Origin: Tannerellaceae bacterium
Lineage (GTDB): Bacteria; Bacteroidota; Bacteroidia; Bacteroidales; Tannerellaceae
Direction: 5' to 3'
Assembly: GCA_031271045.1 (NCBI GenBank)
Contig: JAISWO010000013.1
Location: forward strand, 27-64,026
DNA: 64,000 nt
A program made the position numbers and the translations under genes. The notes beneath the pieces are model-generated. The model saw nothing but the letters and a program-made list of their open reading frames with translations. It made no database searches and was not told the DNA's origin. Within the stretch, counting starts at the first letter, position 1. Each line of letters starts with the position of its first letter. This document shows, in pieces, positions 22,162 to 31,053 of the stretch.

Positions 22162-22629
22162 TTACTTGAATTTAAGTATGTATTTTGCATATTTGATCTC
22201 ATCAAACGTATAGGGGTGTTCCTCCTCTATTGTTTTTTTGCGCTTGGTTCCTTCGGGCTTTACTTGTTTTTCGACGGAGAGGCGAATGCCTTTTTCGTCT
22301 GCTGCTTTCAGGATGCCGGTTTGTTTTACCCCGTTTTTGAGAAGGAGTTCTATTTCGTCGCCGATGTGTTTCCGGTATTGCCTGGGGACTTTGAAGGGGG
22401 CTGTCAGTCCTGCCGAGCCGACTTCGAGTTCGTAGTCTTCTGCTTCGCGGTCGAGGTTGGCTTCTATATAGCGGCTCAGCTCGACGCAATCGTCAATGCA
22501 GACTGTCTGGTCATTGTCTATTTCCACGACGATCAGGTTGCCCGGTTTCACCAGCACTTCTACCGGATAATTTGCCGATGCGGCCAATTTCTCTTCTACA
22601 AGCCGATATATTATCTCTTTGTCAATCAT
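22162..22629 (-). CDS. rimP: Ribosome maturation factor RimP
   Basis: YELEVGSAG motif; first gene of rimP-nusA-infB. Confidence 0.95.
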   Translation of the reverse strand: MIDKEIIYRLVEEKLAASANYPVEVLVKPGNLIVVEIDNDQTVCIDDCVELSRYIEANLDREAEDYELEVGSAGLTAPFKVPRQYRKHIGDEIELLLKNGVKQTGILKAADEKGIRLSVEKQVKPEGTKRKKTIEEEHPYTFDEIKYAKYILKFK

Positions 22630-22650
22630 ACAAAATTGAATCAGAATAAA

Positions 22651-22675
22651 AGGAGGGGGCAGGCAGCCCCCTCCT
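22651..22675 (-). promoter_or_regulatory. GC-rich hairpin in the rimP leader
   Basis: AGGAGGGGGC-AGGCA-GCCCCCTCCT perfect 10-bp stem between a TATATTTG -7 box (22697-22704, minus) and rimP. Confidence 0.6.
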
Positions 22676-22807
22676 CATCTTCTCTTAATCGGCGACAAAT
22701 ATATATTAAATTTCCGGAACGGCATATTTTTTCCGGTATATTCGGCTATATTCGGCAAGAAATATTACTCATCAATTGCGGACGCAGGCAGGAGGCTTCC
22801 GTATATT

Positions 22808-23569
22808 TTATTGAAGGGGGCGTATCTTGATGTTGCGGAAGGCGACCTCGTTGCCGTGGTCCTGCAACAGGATGCGACCTTCGGGGGCTTCACCGAAGAG
22901 GCCGTGTTCGTTATACATCGGGGCGGCGTACTTGCTGCCTTGTACCAGCGTGCGGAAGGCTTCCGAGCTGCGTTCGTACTCGACGGTCTTTACGCCGTTC
23001 AGCCAGTGCTCCACGTGATTGTTGGGGAAGACTTTGACGATTGCGCGGTTCCATTCGCCTATGCCGTTGAAGTGTACGTCCTGCGGTTCGATCAAGTCGT
23101 AGAGGCCGGCCAGTTTGCGCGAGCCGGGAACGGTGGTGTAGAGCTGGGCGTCGGGATGGGTTTGGTCGTCGAGGATCTGGAACTCGAGCCCGAAGGCTGA
23201 GCCGGAGGGCGTTTCCTTCTCGGTGACGAAGTACTTGATCCCGCTGTTGGCGCCGGTGGTGATTTTGAAGTCGACGCTCAGTTCGAAGGCGGAATAGGTC
23301 TCCGGGGCATAGACGATGTCGCCTCCGTTGGTAGACTCCCGGCCGTCGGCGCTGAGGACAATGAGTTGTCCGTCTTCAATCTTCCAACCCGTGGCGGGGA
23401 AAGCGTCTTTGTGGGCGCCTCGCCATCCGGCGGTTGTTTTCCCGTCGAAGAGCAGCTTCCAGCCGTCGGATTTTTCCTGTTTGGTTAATGTGTTTTGCTT
23501 CTCGATGCCCGATTGGCAGGCGATGAGGGTACAGATAAAGAATGTTGTTGCAAAATAGATTGTTTTCAT
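22808..23569 (-). CDS. DUF1080 (3-keto-disaccharide hydrolase-like) lipoprotein
   Basis: Lipobox LIAC; GWKLLFDGK, NSGIKY, EFQILDD and LQDHGNEVAFRNIKIR motifs. Confidence 0.9.
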   Translation of the reverse strand: MKTIYFATTFFICTLIACQSGIEKQNTLTKQEKSDGWKLLFDGKTTAGWRGAHKDAFPATGWKIEDGQLIVLSADGRESTNGGDIVYAPETYSAFELSVDFKITTGANSGIKYFVTEKETPSGSAFGLEFQILDDQTHPDAQLYTTVPGSRKLAGLYDLIEPQDVHFNGIGEWNRAIVKVFPNNHVEHWLNGVKTVEYERSSEAFRTLVQGSKYAAPMYNEHGLFGEAPEGRILLQDHGNEVAFRNIKIRPLQ

Positions 23570-23650
23570 TTCGGATATATAAATTATTAATGTGACTTAA
23601 TTATTTGCGGGCTTATCGGGTAAGTTCAATCTCTTGTTTTTAATATGATT

Positions 23651-25105
23651 TTAGTTCGTGACAATGGGAGCGTAGCGGGGGACGAGGCTTTTCATGATGC
23701 ACCAGCCTATCAGATAGGCAACGGCGCATATCGAGAAGATAATGAAGTAGCCCGCTTCCTCGCCGTTGAAGCCCATGAAGGTCATGTTTGTCTCGCCGGC
23801 ATAGTCGAAGAGGATGCCGGAGCTTTTGTTGATGATATAGGAGCTCAAACCGCCAGCCATGCCGCCGATACCGGTAACAGTAGCTATGGCATTGCGGGGG
23901 AACATATCGCCTACGGTAGAGAAGATGTTGGCCGACCAGGCTTGATGCGCTGCTCCGGCGATGCCGATAATCACAACCGGAAACCAATATGAGATGCTGC
24001 CCAAGGGTTGCGCCAGCAGGGCAAGCAAGGGAAAGAAGGCGAATATGAGCATCGCTTTCATGCGTCCGGCATAGGGGTTCATACCTTTACGGCCAATGAA
24101 CCAGGTTGGCAGCCATCCGCCGAGGATGGATAGCAAGGTGATGGCGTAGAGGACAAAGATGGCGATCTGGCTGGCCGGGTCGGATGATTTCATGCCGTAG
24201 ACAGAGCTCAGGTAGGCCGGCGTCCAGAAAAGGAAGAACCACCATACGCCATCGGTCATGAATTTACCTATGGCGAAGGCCCAGGTTTGCCGGTATTGCA
24301 AGCATTGCAGGAAGGTGAGCTTCTGTTTGGGATTATTATCTTCGTTGAGATCGCTGTCGCCATCTTGTTGGATATAGGACAGTTCGCGGGCATTGACCGA
24401 AGGATGCCGCTCAGGTTTCTTATAAGCAAACGTCCAGAAGCCCATCCAGATAAAGCCCAGGGCGCCAATGATCAGGAAAGCGGCTTCCCATCCCCATAGC
24501 TCGGCTATGAACGGGATCGAAACGGGGGCCGCTAATGCGCCCACGGTAGCACCGGCATTGAAGATGCTGGTCGAGAAGGCGCGATCTTTCTTGGGAAAGT
24601 ATTCGGCGGTGGCTTTGATCGCTGCCGGAAAGTTGCCGGCTTCACCGACGGCCAATATCAGGCGCGCAAAGACGAAAAGCAGTACGCTGACATTCACAAT
24701 CAGGCCCACATTGCCTACGGCGGAGATGATTGTCCGCGCTTCTTCGAAACCAACAAGCCACTGGCCCGTCGCGATGCCTGAGGTTGCAATTCCGCAGAAG
24801 GCGTGCAGGCAGGCTCCTACCGACCAGATGCCAATGGCCCAGAGATAGCCTTTTTTCGTATCCATCCAGTCGACGAATCTTCCTGCAAACAGCATACTGA
24901 CGGCGTAGAAGATCGAGAACAGGGAAGTGATCTCGCCGTAGTCGTTGTTTGTCCAATGGAACTCAGGAGCAATGAAGTCTTTCCATGTGAGTGATAACAC
25001 TTGGCGGTCGAGGTAGTTGACGGTGGTCGCGAAGAAGAGCATGGAGCAGATGACCCACCGGTAGGAGGTCATGGTGCCGTTCGCTGTTGCAGATTGTGTA
25101 TTCAT
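23651..25105 (-). CDS. MFS transporter, ExuT/ACS (hexuronate) family
   Basis: RWVICSMLFFATTVNYLDRQ, GEAGNFPAA, WWFFLFWTP; many transmembrane helices. Confidence 0.9.
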   Translation of the reverse strand: MNTQSATANGTMTSYRWVICSMLFFATTVNYLDRQVLSLTWKDFIAPEFHWTNNDYGEITSLFSIFYAVSMLFAGRFVDWMDTKKGYLWAIGIWSVGACLHAFCGIATSGIATGQWLVGFEEARTIISAVGNVGLIVNVSVLLFVFARLILAVGEAGNFPAAIKATAEYFPKKDRAFSTSIFNAGATVGALAAPVSIPFIAELWGWEAAFLIIGALGFIWMGFWTFAYKKPERHPSVNARELSYIQQDGDSDLNEDNNPKQKLTFLQCLQYRQTWAFAIGKFMTDGVWWFFLFWTPAYLSSVYGMKSSDPASQIAIFVLYAITLLSILGGWLPTWFIGRKGMNPYAGRMKAMLIFAFFPLLALLAQPLGSISYWFPVVIIGIAGAAHQAWSANIFSTVGDMFPRNAIATVTGIGGMAGGLSSYIINKSSGILFDYAGETNMTFMGFNGEEAGYFIIFSICAVAYLIGWCIMKSLVPRYAPIVTN

Positions 25106-25182
25106 TGGTAATAAAATTTATTTCTTTGAAGCCACAAATATAAGAAATTACTAATTTTACAGGCAATAATCATTTATTATAT

Positions 25183-26463
25183 ATGAAAAATTATTTCAGT
25201 ATTCTTATGTTATGCTCCCTGGGGCTTTGGGGAGTGATGACGGCGGCGCAGGCACAGCAGGCGCAGCGCCTTGTCAGCGTTGTTGTATCTCCGGATCATG
25301 CCGACTGGAAATACAAGGCTGGGGAAGAAGCCACGTTTACCGTTCAGGTGTATAAGTTCGGTCATTTACTCCGCGACGTAGCGGTGGACTATGAGTTGGG
25401 GCCAGAGTTTTTCCCCACGGTTGAGAAGAAGGATGTTGTGTTGAAAGAAGGAAAAACCACGCTGAAGGGCGTCATGAAGGAACCCGGTCTGTTGCGGTGC
25501 AGAGTCGTCGCCAAGGTCGACGGCAGGAACTATGAAGGGATGGCGGGCGCCTTGTACGACGACGGGAAGATCCTGCCTGTGTCGGACGAGCCGGCCGACT
25601 TTGACGCCTTCTGGGCGAAGGCGATCGAGGATGCCCGGCGCGCTCCCTTGGATGCCGTGCGGACGCTCTTGCCGGAGAAAAGCACAGCGACGCAGGATGT
25701 TTACGAAGTTAGCTTCCGGAATACCGGTTTTGCGCGGGTTTACGGGATTCTGATGATTCCGAAGAAGCCCGGTAAGTATCCTGCTGTCTTGCAAGTACCC
25801 GGTGCAGGTGTCCGTCCGTATAATGGCGTAAACTATGGCGAGGATGTCATCTCGCTTGAAATCGGGGTTCACGGCATACCGGTCACGATGGCGCAATCGG
25901 TCTATTTTTCGATCTACGGAGGAGCCCTGAACGGGTATTGGGAGTTCAGCAAGAATAATAAGGATCAGTTTTATTACAAACGGGTCTATGTCGGCTGCGT
26001 CCGGGCTGTGGATTATCTGTTTTCGCTTCCTGAATTTGATGGCGAGACGGTCGGCGTATCGGGTAGCAGTCAAGGCGGCGCGCTGTCGATTGCCACAGCA
26101 GCTTTGGATCCCCGGATCCGCTTCCTGGCACCCATTCACCCGGCCATGTGCGACCTGGGCGGCTTCTTGAAGAAGCGCGCAGGAGGATGGCCACATTATT
26201 TCCGTTTCACGAAGCCCGAATCGGGCGAGGTAGAGACGCTTTCCTACTATGACATCGCAAACTTTGCGCGGCGCGTTCATGTGCCGGGACTGTATAGCTG
26301 GGGGCTGAACGACGTCACCTGTCCGCCAACCTCGATGTACGCTGCTTATAACATGATTACCGCACCCAAGGACTTGAAGGTCTACAACGATTCGGGGCAC
26401 TGGATTTATTCCGAACAGCAGGCCGCGACGACGCAGTGGCTGAAAGACCAGTGTAAGAAATAA
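25183..26463 (+). CDS. Acetylxylan esterase (CE7 family)
   Basis: Signal peptide; nucleophile motif GSSQGG, EPADFDAFW, DVTCPPTS, GH. Confidence 0.88.
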   Translation: MKNYFSILMLCSLGLWGVMTAAQAQQAQRLVSVVVSPDHADWKYKAGEEATFTVQVYKFGHLLRDVAVDYELGPEFFPTVEKKDVVLKEGKTTLKGVMKEPGLLRCRVVAKVDGRNYEGMAGALYDDGKILPVSDEPADFDAFWAKAIEDARRAPLDAVRTLLPEKSTATQDVYEVSFRNTGFARVYGILMIPKKPGKYPAVLQVPGAGVRPYNGVNYGEDVISLEIGVHGIPVTMAQSVYFSIYGGALNGYWEFSKNNKDQFYYKRVYVGCVRAVDYLFSLPEFDGETVGVSGSSQGGALSIATAALDPRIRFLAPIHPAMCDLGGFLKKRAGGWPHYFRFTKPESGEVETLSYYDIANFARRVHVPGLYSWGLNDVTCPPTSMYAAYNMITAPKDLKVYNDSGHWIYSEQQAATTQWLKDQCKK

Positions 26464-26485
26464 ACAAACGACTCTGTTCCGGAGT

Positions 26486-27538
26486 TCAGATGAACTTCAG
26501 GAAGACCGGCGTATCTACATCGGCAATATTTTTTCCAATATTGCGTAGTGCGCCGGTTTCTTTGTTTATCTCGAACACTTCCACAAGGTTGCTATCACGC
26601 GAGGCGGCAAGCAAGAAGCGACCGTTGGGCGTAATGACGAAGTTGCGCGGATGCCGGCCCGTAAACTGGTAGCCCGTTTTGGTCAGGCGACCATCCTTGT
26701 CGTCGATCGAGAAGATAGCGATGCCGTCGGCTTTATTGCGAATCGAAACATAGAGGTGTTTACCATCCGGCGTAATGTCGATATGTGCCGATGCACGTCC
26801 GCCGGCACTGTCGGCAAGGATGGTTTGCAGTTCGCCAAGTTCGCCTTCATCATATCGGAAGGCTGTCACGGCGCCGGAGAGTTCGTTGATCGCGTACATA
26901 TATTTACCCGACGGATGGAAGGTCAGATGACGGGGGCCGGAGCCTGCGGGCAGGGAATAGGGCTTCATCGTCGCTTCATTGAGGAAAGCGCTCGCCATAT
27001 CGGACGATGCGTTGACCTCGTAGCGGTATATGCGATCAGACCCCAGGTCGACGGCAAAGAGATAGCGATCGTCGGGCGTAAACATGACACAGTGCAGATG
27101 AGCCGCTTCCTGCCGGCTTTTGTCTGCGCCGGAGCCTTCGCTAACGATGAGCTGCGCGCAGGGAAGCAAGGTGTCAGCCTGAACGGGAAAGACCGATATG
27201 CTTCCGCCCCCATAGTTAGCCGTTACGACATGGGTATGCGCGTCATTGATCGTGACATAGCAGGGCGAGGCGGCGAAGGTCTCTTGCCGGTTCACGAGGC
27301 GGATCTTCTCCTGTTCCCTGTCAAAGAAGAGGGTATTGACATAGGACGGGGCGCCATCGTTCTCCGTGACGGCGTACAGATAGCCGCTTTTACCGGCATC
27401 TATGTACGAGGGGTTTTCCACGACTACCGAACTAATATACTTGGAGTCTCCGGTCTCGGTATTGAACCCGTAGAGACATACACCATCACTCAGGCCGGCC
27501 GTATAAGCGCCGATCAATAAATATAGCAGGCTATCCAT
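26486..27538 (-). CDS. Lactonase family 7-bladed beta-propeller (6-phosphogluconolactonase-like)
   Basis: ANYGGGS, RQEAAHLH, DLGSD, GSGPRH, PRNF motifs. Confidence 0.9.
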   Translation of the reverse strand: MDSLLYLLIGAYTAGLSDGVCLYGFNTETGDSKYISSVVVENPSYIDAGKSGYLYAVTENDGAPSYVNTLFFDREQEKIRLVNRQETFAASPCYVTINDAHTHVVTANYGGGSISVFPVQADTLLPCAQLIVSEGSGADKSRQEAAHLHCVMFTPDDRYLFAVDLGSDRIYRYEVNASSDMASAFLNEATMKPYSLPAGSGPRHLTFHPSGKYMYAINELSGAVTAFRYDEGELGELQTILADSAGGRASAHIDITPDGKHLYVSIRNKADGIAIFSIDDKDGRLTKTGYQFTGRHPRNFVITPNGRFLLAASRDSNLVEVFEINKETGALRNIGKNIADVDTPVFLKFI

Positions 27539-27566
27539 GCAAACAAGATAATAAATTTACAAATAT

Positions 27567-28751
27567 TCAATTGTCAATGATCGTATAAGGGTATTGTACG
27601 TTGGAAAGGGTGGCCAGAAGTTCGCCTTCTTTGATGATTTCCACCGTTTGGATATCTCCGAATCCGGTAAAAGGTTTGTCGAAAGTAACTTTTGCCGACG
27701 GGGGGCCGACAATGAGGCCCACGGGCGTCGTCCCGTCGCTGTCGTAGAGAAACTCTGCCACCGGGAAATTCTCGTAGAGGTCTGTCTCCGGATTAAAGAT
27801 TTTCATCACGCCGTTCCGGGCCTCCGGATAGAGGATATCGGCAAATGCAGCCGGATCGGCGGCTAAGAGTGACATCTGATCACCAATATTTGATGATCCG
27901 GAGACGCTGCCCAGGATCGTCTGAGCCGAGATGATGAAGTTGGGTGTCGTGTTTCCGCCTTCGCCATTGCCGCCATTGTCGGGAAGGCCCGGTTGGTCTT
28001 TTCCGGCATGAAAACGCGGACTGCGGCGGGAATATATCGTCTCATACTGGTGGATGTACGTGCTGATGGTATGTATCACGCCGCCAAGGATTGTACTCAC
28101 CTCAGCATCTTTGGGGTTCTGAAGTTCATTTGCCTGGAAGAGGATGTTAATAACGTCAACCAGCTTGCCGAAGTCGACATCCGTCTGGTTGCGAGCGTCT
28201 GCGAGGCGTCCTTCGTCTTTCTCATCTTCCCAGCTCGACGCGCGCTCGTAATAGACAGTCATAAAGTCATCATTGTCTTGCTTGAGGCGGTCAATGGCAT
28301 CGGTAAGGCTTACGGTGGAGACAGCGTTGGCGTACTTGGGCAACAGCAAATCCTGTATCATATTAGCGACCATCGCCGAGACTTCCGTCATAGGCGCCCG
28401 GACGGCTTCGGCATAGTTATCTGTAATCGCTTTAAGCGCCTTGGCTGCTTCGGCCACTTGCGGAACATTGCTGTAAAGGCCCGTTTCGACCACGAGCTTG
28501 AGCGCGGTAATTGACTTTCGCCGTTTGTCATGCGCGTCTTTCACCTGGATCGTGTCCTGCTGTCGGAGATAACGTTTGTAGATCGTATCTTCACGCTGAA
28601 AGCTTTGCAGGAAGTTCTCGACCAGCGGCACGATGCTTGCCGGCTTGAACGTGATGCTCTTGAGTTGGTTCGCGATATTGTTGTAAAAGTCGTAATGCTC
28701 GGCATTCCGAAGTCTTCTCATAAATGAGAGGATAAATCTGATCAGTTTCAT
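27567..28751 (-). CDS. DUF6261-like protein with G/P-rich linker and extra C-terminal domain
   Basis: RLRNAEHYDFY motif; paralog of 7982..8878 over about 245 aa; linker DQPGLPDNGGNGEGG. Confidence 0.7.
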   Translation of the reverse strand: MKLIRFILSFMRRLRNAEHYDFYNNIANQLKSITFKPASIVPLVENFLQSFQREDTIYKRYLRQQDTIQVKDAHDKRRKSITALKLVVETGLYSNVPQVAEAAKALKAITDNYAEAVRAPMTEVSAMVANMIQDLLLPKYANAVSTVSLTDAIDRLKQDNDDFMTVYYERASSWEDEKDEGRLADARNQTDVDFGKLVDVINILFQANELQNPKDAEVSTILGGVIHTISTYIHQYETIYSRRSPRFHAGKDQPGLPDNGGNGEGGNTTPNFIISAQTILGSVSGSSNIGDQMSLLAADPAAFADILYPEARNGVMKIFNPETDLYENFPVAEFLYDSDGTTPVGLIVGPPSAKVTFDKPFTGFGDIQTVEIIKEGELLATLSNVQYPYTIIDN

Positions 28752-28805
28752 AACAGAATATATTTATTATAGTCTTTGATTATATTTTATATTATTTTTA
28801 TTCCG

Positions 28806-28836
28806 CAAAGATATGAAAAGAAAGAATAGCGCCAAA
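28806..28836 (-). promoter_or_regulatory. Bacteroidetes -33/-7 promoter of the second DUF6261-like gene
   Basis: Minus strand TTTG-N19-TATCTTTG. Confidence 0.7.
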
Positions 28837-28992
28837 TAAATTTTCTATTTTTTTTCGTTATGGATAAATTTTTTTTGACCTCTCCTCCTATCCCTTCCAA
28901 TAAGGGGGGAAAGTTCCTGTTCTTGATATTGTTTTTCATTGTATTCTTCCCCTTCCTTGCGGAGAAATGATCCGGAAACGATCTTGCGACTG

Positions 28993-29288
28993 TCTTGTTT
29001 TAAAACAGAACCCCCGTGCAACTTGCAGGGCCGTCTTGTTCTAAAACAATTTAACCATTCACTACTCAACGGTTAAATTGTTTTAAAACAATTTCGCCCC
29101 GACGACTGCACGGAGATATTGTTTTAAGACAATTTCACCATTCACTATGCAACGGTTAAATTGTTTTAAAACAATTTCGCCCCGACGACTGCACGGTAAA
29201 ATTGTTTTAAAACAGAACCTCCCTGCAAGCTGCATGGTTAAATTGTTTTAAAACAATTTCGCCCCGACGACTGCGCGGAGGTTCTGTT
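28993..29288. repeat. 41-42-bp period array of palindromic TTGTTTTAAAACAA with semi-variable interspacers, 7 copies
   Basis: Cores at 28995, 29036, 29078, 29119, 29161, 29202, 29243. Confidence 0.93.
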
Positions 29289-29488
29289 CGGACGCAAAGC
29301 CTTGCCGATCCGGTTTTGTTTGTATTGTTTAAGAACAGAACATATATGCAGAGCATTTCGGATGTTTTGAAATAAAACATGAGCCTGGCAGCAGCTTGGA
29401 CGGAGATCATGCGGAGAATCTCGATAGATATTCGTAGCTTTGCGGACATTATACACATTATATATATAGTAAATAGACTGAAAACGAT

Positions 29489-30196
29489 ATGCGGATTGAT
29501 ATACTGACTGTTCTCCCGGAGATGATTGACGGCTCCGTTCATTGTTCCATCCTCCAACGGGCACAGGATAAAGGTCTTGCAGAGATACATTTGCATAACC
29601 TGAGGGATTATACGACCAATAAATGGAGACGGGTGGATGATTATCCCTTCGGTGGAGAGGCTGGCATGGTGATACAGATTGAACCGGTCGACAGGGCCAT
29701 CGCGGCGCTGAAAGCGGAGCGCAATTACGATGAAGTGATCTATACGTCGCCCGACGGAACGCTCTTCGATCAGCCAATGGCCAATGCGCTCTCGCTCCGG
29801 AACAACCTGATAATCCTTTGCGGACATTATAAAGGAATTGACTATCGGATACGGGAACATTTGATTACGTGCGAAATATCTGTGGGTAATTACGTGCTGA
29901 CCGGAGGTGAATTGGCGGCGGCCATCATTGCCGACGCCGTCGTGCGCCTCCTGCCCGGCGTCATTGGCGATGAACAGAGCGCTTTGTCCGATTCGTTCCA
30001 GGACGGACTCCTGGCGCCGCCTGTGTATACACGTCCGGCGGAGTATAAGGGTTGGCGAGTGCCCGATGTCCTCCTTTCCGGACATCAGAGACTTATCGAC
30101 GACTGGCGCCTCGATCAAGCGCAGGAACGGACCCGCCGCCTGCGCCCCGATCTCCTTACTTCCGCTGATAACGACGGAAGAAACTCATCCATTTGA
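29489..30196 (+). CDS. trmD: tRNA (guanine-N1)-methyltransferase TrmD
   Basis: [28 protein letters not shown]; TAGCTTTG -7 box at 29435. Confidence 0.97.
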   Translation: MRIDILTVLPEMIDGSVHCSILQRAQDKGLAEIHLHNLRDYTTNKWRRVDDYPFGGEAGMVIQIEPVDRAIAALKAERNYDEVIYTSPDGTLFDQPMANALSLRNNLIILCGHYKGIDYRIREHLITCEISVGNYVLTGGELAAAIIADAVVRLLPGVIGDEQSALSDSFQDGLLAPPVYTRPAEYKGWRVPDVLLSGHQRLIDDWRLDQAQERTRRLRPDLLTSADNDGRNSSI

Positions 30197-30890
30197 GCTG
30201 AAGAACGCCGAAGAGGGCCTCGCCGAAGATGGACGAGTTCATCTTCGAGACACCAAGCACGCGATTGATGAAAATGATGGGCACTTCCTTGAGCACGAAG
30301 CCGTATTTGTATGCCGTGAACTTCATTTCGATCTGGAAGGCGTAACCCTTGAAGCGTATACGGTCAAGTTCGATACATTCCAGCACCGCACGGCGATAGG
30401 CCACAAAGCCCGCCGTCGTATCATGCACCTGCATGCCCGTCACGATCCTGACATAAACCGAAGCGAAGTACGACATCAAGACGCGCCCCAAGGGCCAGTT
30501 CACGACATTCACCCCATTGCAGTAGCGCGATCCGATCGCCACATCGGCTCCATCGACTGTGCAGGCGGCATAGAGGTGCAAAAGATCCTTCGGATTGTGA
30601 CTAAAGTCGGCATCCATCTCGAAAACATAATCGTACTTTTGACTCAGCGCCCACCGGAATCCGCAGATATAGGCCGTCCCCAAGCCCTGTTTGCCCTCGC
30701 GTTCGATGAGGAAGATCCGCCCCGGATAGCGCGTCTGTAAATCTTTGACAATGGAGGCCGTCCCATCCGGCGAGCCGTCGTCGATCACAAGAATATGAAA
30801 CTCTTTCTCTAATCCCAAGGTCGTGCAGACGATGTTTTCAATGTTTTCCTTCTCGTTGTAAGTCGGAATAATAACAATACTGTCGGACAT
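30156..30890 (-). CDS. Polyprenol monophosphomannose synthase (GT2, Dpm1-like)
   Basis: [31 protein letters not shown]. Confidence 0.92.
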   Translation of the reverse strand: MSDSIVIIPTYNEKENIENIVCTTLGLEKEFHILVIDDGSPDGTASIVKDLQTRYPGRIFLIEREGKQGLGTAYICGFRWALSQKYDYVFEMDADFSHNPKDLLHLYAACTVDGADVAIGSRYCNGVNVVNWPLGRVLMSYFASVYVRIVTGMQVHDTTAGFVAYRRAVLECIELDRIRFKGYAFQIEMKFTAYKYGFVLKEVPIIFINRVLGVSKMNSSIFGEALFGVLQLKWMSFFRRYQRK

Positions 30891-31053
30891 ATATATTTAA
30901 TATTAATGTTTTTGTTTTACCTCCCAAAAGTAAGCATTTTATATGAAAAGAACCTATGCGACGCATTATTTTCAATAAAATGTATATCTTTGTCTCAAGT
31001 TGTGTAACCCGCAACGCATCATTTAAAAGAAATAATTTGTAACTCAATACATT

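Noticed and set aside
28993-29288. CRISPR array
   Set aside because: Conserved part is only about 14-18 bp, the interspacers recur and are related to each other, and no cas genes are in the window
30156-30196. Convergent 3' overlaps (trmD/dpm1-like; also clpB/cytochrome at 38841-38884)
   Set aside because: Short tail-to-tail overlaps are common and need no special explanation
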